Source: an uncultured Flavobacteriales bacterium
GTDB taxonomy: Bacteria; Bacteroidota; Bacteroidia; Flavobacteriales_F; PHOS-HE28
Direction: 5' to 3'
Assembly: GCA_963706125.1 (NCBI GenBank)
Contig: CAVPLQ010000003.1
Span: forward strand, 471,571-535,570
Length of the DNA stretch: 64,000 nt
The position numbers and the translations under genes are program-made. This document shows, piece by piece, positions 60,001 through 64,000 of the stretch (the first letter of the stretch is position 1; the number at the start of each line of letters is the position of its first letter). Under the pieces are notes generated by a model. That model was not told where the DNA came from. It saw only the letters and a program-made list of their open reading frames with translations, and ran no database searches.

Positions 60001-63000
60001 ACACCGTGACCTATACTGCCACCGATGCGGCAGGCAACACGGCCTCCTGTTCCTTCACCATCACCGTGGTGGACAACATCCCACCTGCGATCTCCTGCCC
60101 TGCGAACATCACCGTGAACGCAGCCGCTGGCTCTTGCGATAAGGTCGTCACCTATAATGCACCTGTCGGAACGGACAATTGCTCAGGCGTTGCGACTTCG
60201 CGCACCGCTGGTCTGGCTTCTGGTTCGACCTTCCCCATAGGGGTGAACACCGTGACCCACACCGCCACCGATGCAGCTGGGAACACCACTTCGTGCTCGT
60301 TCACCATCACCGTGGTGGACCACATTCCGCCAGCTATTTCCTGCCCTGCGAACATCACGGTGAACACGGCAGCTGGGACTTGCGGAAGAACCGTCACTTA
60401 CACCGCGCCGGTCGGAACGGACAACTGTTCCGGTGTGACCACCGCACGGACCGCCGGCTTGGCATCCGGTGCGACCTTCCCGGTGGGAATGAACACCGTG
60501 ACCTACACCGCCACCGATGCCGCAGGCAACACGGCTTCTTGCTCCTTCACCATCACCGTCATTGACAACAACCCACCTGCCATCTCCTGCCCTGCGAACA
60601 TCACCGTGAACGCAGCCGCTGGAACTTGTGCCCAGGTGGTCACTTACACCCCGCCGGTCGGAACGGACAACTGTTCCGGTGTGACCACCGCACGGACCGC
60701 CGGCTTAGCATCCGGTGCGACCTTCCCGGTGGGGGTGAACACCGTGACCTACACCGCCACCGATGCCGCAGGCAATACAGCTTCTTGCTCCTTCACCATC
60801 ACCGTGGTGGACAACATCCCACCTGCCATTTCTTGCCCCGCTAACATCACCGTGAACGCGGCCGCTGGAACTTGTGGTCAGGCCGTTACCTACACTGCAC
60901 CTGTCGGGACGGACAACTGTTCCGGTGTGACCACCGCACGGACCGCCGGCTTGGCATCCGGTGCAACCTTCCCGGTGGGGGTGAACACCGTGACCTACAC
61001 CGCCACCGATGCCGCAGGCAACACGGCTTCCTGCTCGTTCATCATCACCGTGGTGGACAACATCCCGCCTGCCATTTCTTGCCCCGCTAACATCACCGTG
61101 AACGCGGCCGCTGGAACTTGTGGTCAGGCCGTTACCTACACTGCACCTGTCGGGACGGACAACTGTTCCGGTGTGACCACCGCACGGACCGCCGGCTTGG
61201 CATCCGGTGCGACCTTCCCGGTGGGAATGAACACCGTGACCTACACCGCCACCGATGCCGCAGGCAACACGGCCTCCTGTTCCTTCACCATCACCGTCGG
61301 CGACAACATCCCGCCTGCAATCTCCTGCCCTGCGAACATCACCGTGAACGCGGCCGCTGGAACTTGTGGTCAGGCCGTTACCTACACTGCACCTGTCGGG
61401 ACGGACAACTGTTCCGGTGTGACCACTGTGCGAACTGCGGGCTTGGCATCCGGTGCAACCTTCCCGGTGGGGATGAACACCGTGACCTATACCGCCACCG
61501 ATGCCGCAGGCAACACAGCTTCTTGCTCCTTCACCATCACCGTGGTGGACAACATCCCGCCTACCATTTCTTGCCCCGCTAACATCACCGTGAACGCGGC
61601 CGCTGGAACTTGTGGTCAGGCCGTTACCTACACTGCACCTGTCGGGACGGACAACTGTTCCGGTGTGACCACCGCACGGACCGCCGGCTTGGCATCCGGT
61701 GCGACCTTCCCGGTGGGAATGAACACCGTGACCTACACCGCCACCGATGCCGCAGGCAACACGGCTTCTTGCTCCTTCACCATCACCGTCATTGACAACA
61801 ACCCACCTGCCATCTCCTGCCCTGCGAACATCACCGTGAACGCAGCCGCTGGAACTTGTGCCCAGGTGGTCACTTACACCCCGCCGCTCGGAACGGACAA
61901 CTGTTCCGGTGTGACCACCGCACGGACCGCCGGCTTAGCATCCGGTGCAACCTTCCCGGTGGGGGTGAACACCGTGACCTACACCGCCACCGATGCCGCA
62001 GGCAACACGGCTTCCTGCTCGTTCATCATCACCGTGGTGGACAACATCCCGCCTACCATTTCTTGCCCCGCTAACATCACCGTGAACGCGGCCGCTGGAA
62101 CTTGTGGTCAGGCCGTTACCTACACTGCACCTGTCGGGACGGACAACTGTTCCGGTGTGACCACCGCACGGACCGCCGGCTTGGCATCCGGTGCAACCTT
62201 CCCCGTCGGGGTGAATACGGTGACGTACACGGCCACCGATGTGGCAGGCAACACGGCTTCTTGCTCCTTCACCGTCACGGTGAACGACTTGCAGGCCCCG
62301 GAATTCTCCGCACCTGCCGACACCGTGCTGGCCACCGCACCGGGTCTCTGCAGCGCGATCTTGAACTACACCCTGCCCAGCGCCATTGATGCCTGTGACG
62401 GCACGCTTCCGGTGATGGCGGTGAACAATGCCCAGGCCCCCGGTAGCACGTTCCCCATCGGGACCACAACGGTCCTCCTTCGGGCCACCGATTCCGCCGG
62501 TAACATCACGGAACACAGCTTCACCGTGACCGTACAGGACGAGGAAGCTCCCTTGATCGTTTGTCCTTCCGACATCTCCGTTCCTTCGGGATCAAGTCTT
62601 TGTGGAGCGCACGTATCCTATGCCATGCCCACCGCCATGGACAATTGTGCCACCGGGGTCGCAGTGACCAACAGCGACCCCGCACAGGCATCGGACAGTC
62701 TCTTCCCGCTAGGAGTGACCATCGTTCAATTGGAAGCCAGCGACAATTCGGGCAATACGGGCACATGTTCATTCAGCATCACCGTACTGGATGTTTCACC
62801 GCCCACGTTCACCGCCCCGTCCGCGGACACCTTGTACATGGACGCGAACGGGCAGGCGTCCATGCCGGACCTGTATGGCCAGCTGGTCGGCGTAACGGAC
62901 TGTTCCGGGATGGGGCCGTATGACCAAACACCCGATGCCGGCTCCGTCGTGACCGGGGATACCACGGCGACTTTACACCTGACTGACGGTGTGGGGAACG

Positions 63001-64000
63001 ATACCGTGATCTCGGTGCAGATCGTTCTGCTGGACACTATTTCACCCACCATCTCCTGCCCGGACACGGTCCACGGCACGGTCACACCGGGTCAATGCGG
63101 TGCGGTGCTTGACATCCCGCCGCCACAGTATGCGGACAATAGCGGTATCGCGACCTTGGACAGTACGGGAACCGTGTTCTCCGGGGAGCTATTCCCTGCA
63201 GGAACCTATACCGTGAACTATGTCGTGACGGACCCTTCCGGTCTTACAGCGAGCTGCCCTGCTACCGTGATCGTTCTCTCGCCGGTCCTTGAGCTTACCT
63301 ATGCGATGGACACGATCTGCTCCTCCTCTTCTCCGATCTCGCCGCTGGGAACCACGAACGGTGGGGTCTTCAGCGCCAGCCCGGTCGGATCGAACGTGGG
63401 CGCTACCACGGGATCGATCACACCGCTGACGAGCACGCCGGGCAGCTATACCATTTACATGGTATTCGCAGGGCCCTGCCCGGATACGGCAAGCACCACG
63501 ATCACCATTGAGGCGCAACCGGGCGCAGGCACCAGCGCCTCCACCACCATCTGTTCCAGCGGTGCGCCAGTGAACCTCTTCACCCTGCTGGGCAACGGAG
63601 CTGATGCAGGCGGAACATGGAGTTCCGGCAACGGCACCTATGATCCGGCTTCGGACAGCTCCGGTACGTTCATCTACACAGTTTCCGCCGGGGTCACTTG
63701 CGCGGGTGCACAGGCCAGCATTACCGTGACGGAGGCCTTGGCGATGAACGCCGGGGCCGACTCCTCCATCACCCTCTGCGGGAATGGTCCTTCCGTGGAC
63801 CTCACAACCTTGCTCAACGGCGCGGACGCTGGCGGAACCTGGAGCAATGGCAACGGACAATACGATCCGGTCACCGACGATCCCGGAACGGTGATGTACA
63901 TCGTTGTCGGTAGCGGCCAATGCCCTTCGGACACTACATTCATCACTGTACTGGAGCAAACCCCTCCGAACGCGGGGACCGATGCGTCCACCACTGTTTG
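57042..64000 (+). CDS. Giant surface protein (over 2300 aa within the window, 3' end beyond it): N-terminal SBBP beta-propeller repeats followed by at least 16 HYR (hyalin-repeat) domains; probable T9SS cargo
   Basis: Frame 0 open from 56925 to the window end (no stop; absent from the ORF track for that reason). Signal-like RVRTWALMVVGGLSVVSWTPSASA. Start at ATG 57042 or upstream TTG 56934. SBBP motifs (GxxxDxGxxIxxDxxGNxYVTG). HYR units PP.I.CP.NITVNAA.G.C...VTY..P...DNCSG.... Confidence 0.85.
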   Translation, partial: MVVGGLSVVSWTPSASAQTPDGWAWSSKLATSQIEFASSIAVDSLNNAVYTAGQAENGFSGILGGPWSVLFGSNTGSDGYLVKQTLDGAVLWRIVLGGDGSDGITGVCTDMQGRVYVTGYCSGTNASFTGPTGSIQTMSSAGGEDIFVACYNANGALQWKIKAGGAGNDRGNGICYANGQVFVGGSLRGPNLIAGMSTPASMPGNTNIDHAFLVALQATDGAGQWIEAGFNGENSAFNAVATDGTQVFALGVHKGTAYTYGSSTGPATLPLVTTGNNLSADVLAVSTTGQLNWTQSVANPGSDNINALGLAASSTAVYISGSSHNNSIFPGTMVVAGTGNPHDYGYLAKLNKTSGQTVWVRTFTGSSNHAQVGRALATDSHGDVLLAGTYKQYLTLPNSTSLSGEDDVQVFVSKFNGSGTLKWAITPSGDENDLPNGVALDGSGGVYVAGSYQNEITFNTFFSDDDSENLFVAKLHDLDFDVAEFRDPSRFIAPGPFCRTDGPLNLTSLLIPERSGSGIAVFSSSGIGSNGSNGPGGALGQMPGGVAVFDNSGDQIVIDLGNTIPVGEKLIIRWRSTGGAAIMNVQGSFAGAGGFTDHGMITTGSTVMVLSAVVATAPMRFVKLTRAGSTTCEVDGVFYNFGSATDGTWSGDGVTGTTFDPSGLSGNANITYTANGRSTTQTVVVATVPVGGALTGGNVCPGSAFTATLTGQSAGAVYWSTSLDNGGTWQVQGPLGATFTISSVTQTTLLKAQVNDPPCPAGISNVVTITALDNTPPTITCPANVLATTNSGCTATGVNLGTPTASDNCTGVTVTNNAPSAFPKGSTTVIWTATDASGNTETCTQTVTVTDNIPPTITCPASVLAYTNSGCTATGVNLGTPTASDNCTGVTVTNNAPSAFPKGTNTVTWTATDASGNTATCTQTVTVTDNIPPDISCSANITVNAAGGTCGQAVTYTAPVGTDNCSGVATARTAGIASGATFPVGVNTVTYTATDAAGNTASCSFTITVVDNIPPAISCPANITVNAAAGSCDKVVTYNAPVGTDNCSGVATSRTAGLASGSTFPIGVNTVTHTATDAAGNTTSCSFTITVVDHIPPAISCPANITVNTAAGTCGRTVTYTAPVGTDNCSGVTTARTAGLASGATFPVGMNTVTYTATDAAGNTASCSFTITVIDNNPPAISCPANITVNAAAGTCAQVVTYTPPVGTDNCSGVTTARTAGLASGATFPVGVNTVTYTATDAAGNTASCSFTITVVDNIPPAISCPANITVNAAAGTCGQAVTYTAPVGTDNCSGVTTARTAGLASGATFPVGVNTVTYTATDAAGNTASCSFIITVVDNIPPAISCPANITVNAAAGTCGQAVTYTAPVGTDNCSGVTTARTAGLASGATFPVGMNTVTYTATDAAGNTASCSFTITVGDNIPPAISCPANITVNAAAGTCGQAVTYTAPVGTDNCSGVTTVRTAGLASGATFPVGMNTVTYTATDAAGNTASCSFTITVVDNIPPTISCPANITVNAAAGTCGQAVTYTAPVGTDNCSGVTTARTAGLASGATFPVGMNTVTYTATDAAGNTASCSFTITVIDNNPPAISCPANITVNAAAGTCAQVVTYTPPLGTDNCSGVTTARTAGLASGATFPVGVNTVTYTATDAAGNTASCSFIITVVDNIPPTISCPANITVNAAAGTCGQAVTYTAPVGTDNCSGVTTARTAGLASGATFPVGVNTVTYTATDVAGNTASCSFTVTVNDLQAPEFSAPADTVLATAPGLCSAILNYTLPSAIDACDGTLPVMAVNNAQAPGSTFPIGTTTVLLRATDSAGNITEHSFTVTVQDEEAPLIVCPSDISVPSGSSLCGAHVSYAMPTAMDNCATGVAVTNSDPAQASDSLFPLGVTIVQLEASDNSGNTGTCSFSITVLDVSPPTFTAPSADTLYMDANGQASMPDLYGQLVGVTDCSGMGPYDQTPDAGSVVTGDTTATLHLTDGVGNDTVISVQIVLLDTISPTISCPDTVHGTVTPGQCGAVLDIPPPQYADNSGIATLDSTGTVFSGELFPAGTYTVNYVVTDPSGLTASCPATVIVLSPVLELTYAMDTICSSSSPISPLGTTNGGVFSASPVGSNVGATTGSITPLTSTPGSYTIYMVFAGPCPDTASTTITIEAQPGAGTSASTTICSSGAPVNLFTLLGNGADAGGTWSSGNGTYDPASDSSGTFIYTVSAGVTCAGAQASITVTEALAMNAGADSSITLCGNGPSVDLTTLLNGADAGGTWSNGNGQYDPVTDDPGTVMYIVVGSGQCPSDTTFITVLEQTPPNAGTDASTTV
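59367..62296 (+). repeat. Tandem HYR-domain DNA repeats: 2 x 234 bp then 10 x 246 bp, including an internal 1230-bp (5-unit) higher-order duplication
   Basis: 'catcaccgtgaacgc' recurs at 59861, 60107, 60353, 60599, 60845, 61091, 61337, 61583, 61829 and 62075 (period 246). The block starting 60541 is repeated at 61771 near-identically. Confidence 0.9.

Overview
The window is 64 kb of chromosomal DNA at roughly 60% GC from a member of Bacteroidota. It carries several type IX secretion (T9SS) hallmarks: a SprB-repeat adhesin with a type-B C-terminal sorting domain followed by its PorP/SprF partner, tandem FKBP lipoproteins resembling GldI, a DUF1501 protein with a type-A T9SS C-terminal domain, and the partial 5' end of a giant SBBP/HYR-repeat surface protein. 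Genes are densely packed on both strands. Housekeeping genes are ndk, recF, ribH, folD, ffh, argS, nhaA, pbpC, tRNA-His, a beta-carbonic anhydrase, a CFA-synthase-like methyltransferase, an RND efflux pair, an arginase/CtlX-like pair, a CDF transporter and S41/S46 peptidases. Accessory content sits between them. This includes a partial secreted tyrosinase next to a CzcA::TolC-fused RND metal-efflux operon, a PIN/antitoxin pair with a structured 85-nt spacer, and a small polysaccharide locus (GT4, formyltransferase/GH43-like, flippase). There is also an uncharacterised three-gene Cys/His-rich envelope cluster divergent from a TonB-dependent receptor/DUF1800/DUF1501 operon, separated by a repeat-rich 500-bp intergenic region. 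Three genes are interrupted by single-nucleotide frame shifts at homopolymers (A7, G5, C4). This points to homopolymer indel errors unless confirmed. Two surface proteins contain long arrays of near-identical DNA repeats (717-bp units in the adhesin and 246-bp HYR units in the giant protein). No CRISPR array, integrase, transposase or prophage hallmark was seen. Antisense ORFs in the ORF track over GC-rich coding regions were treated as artefacts.
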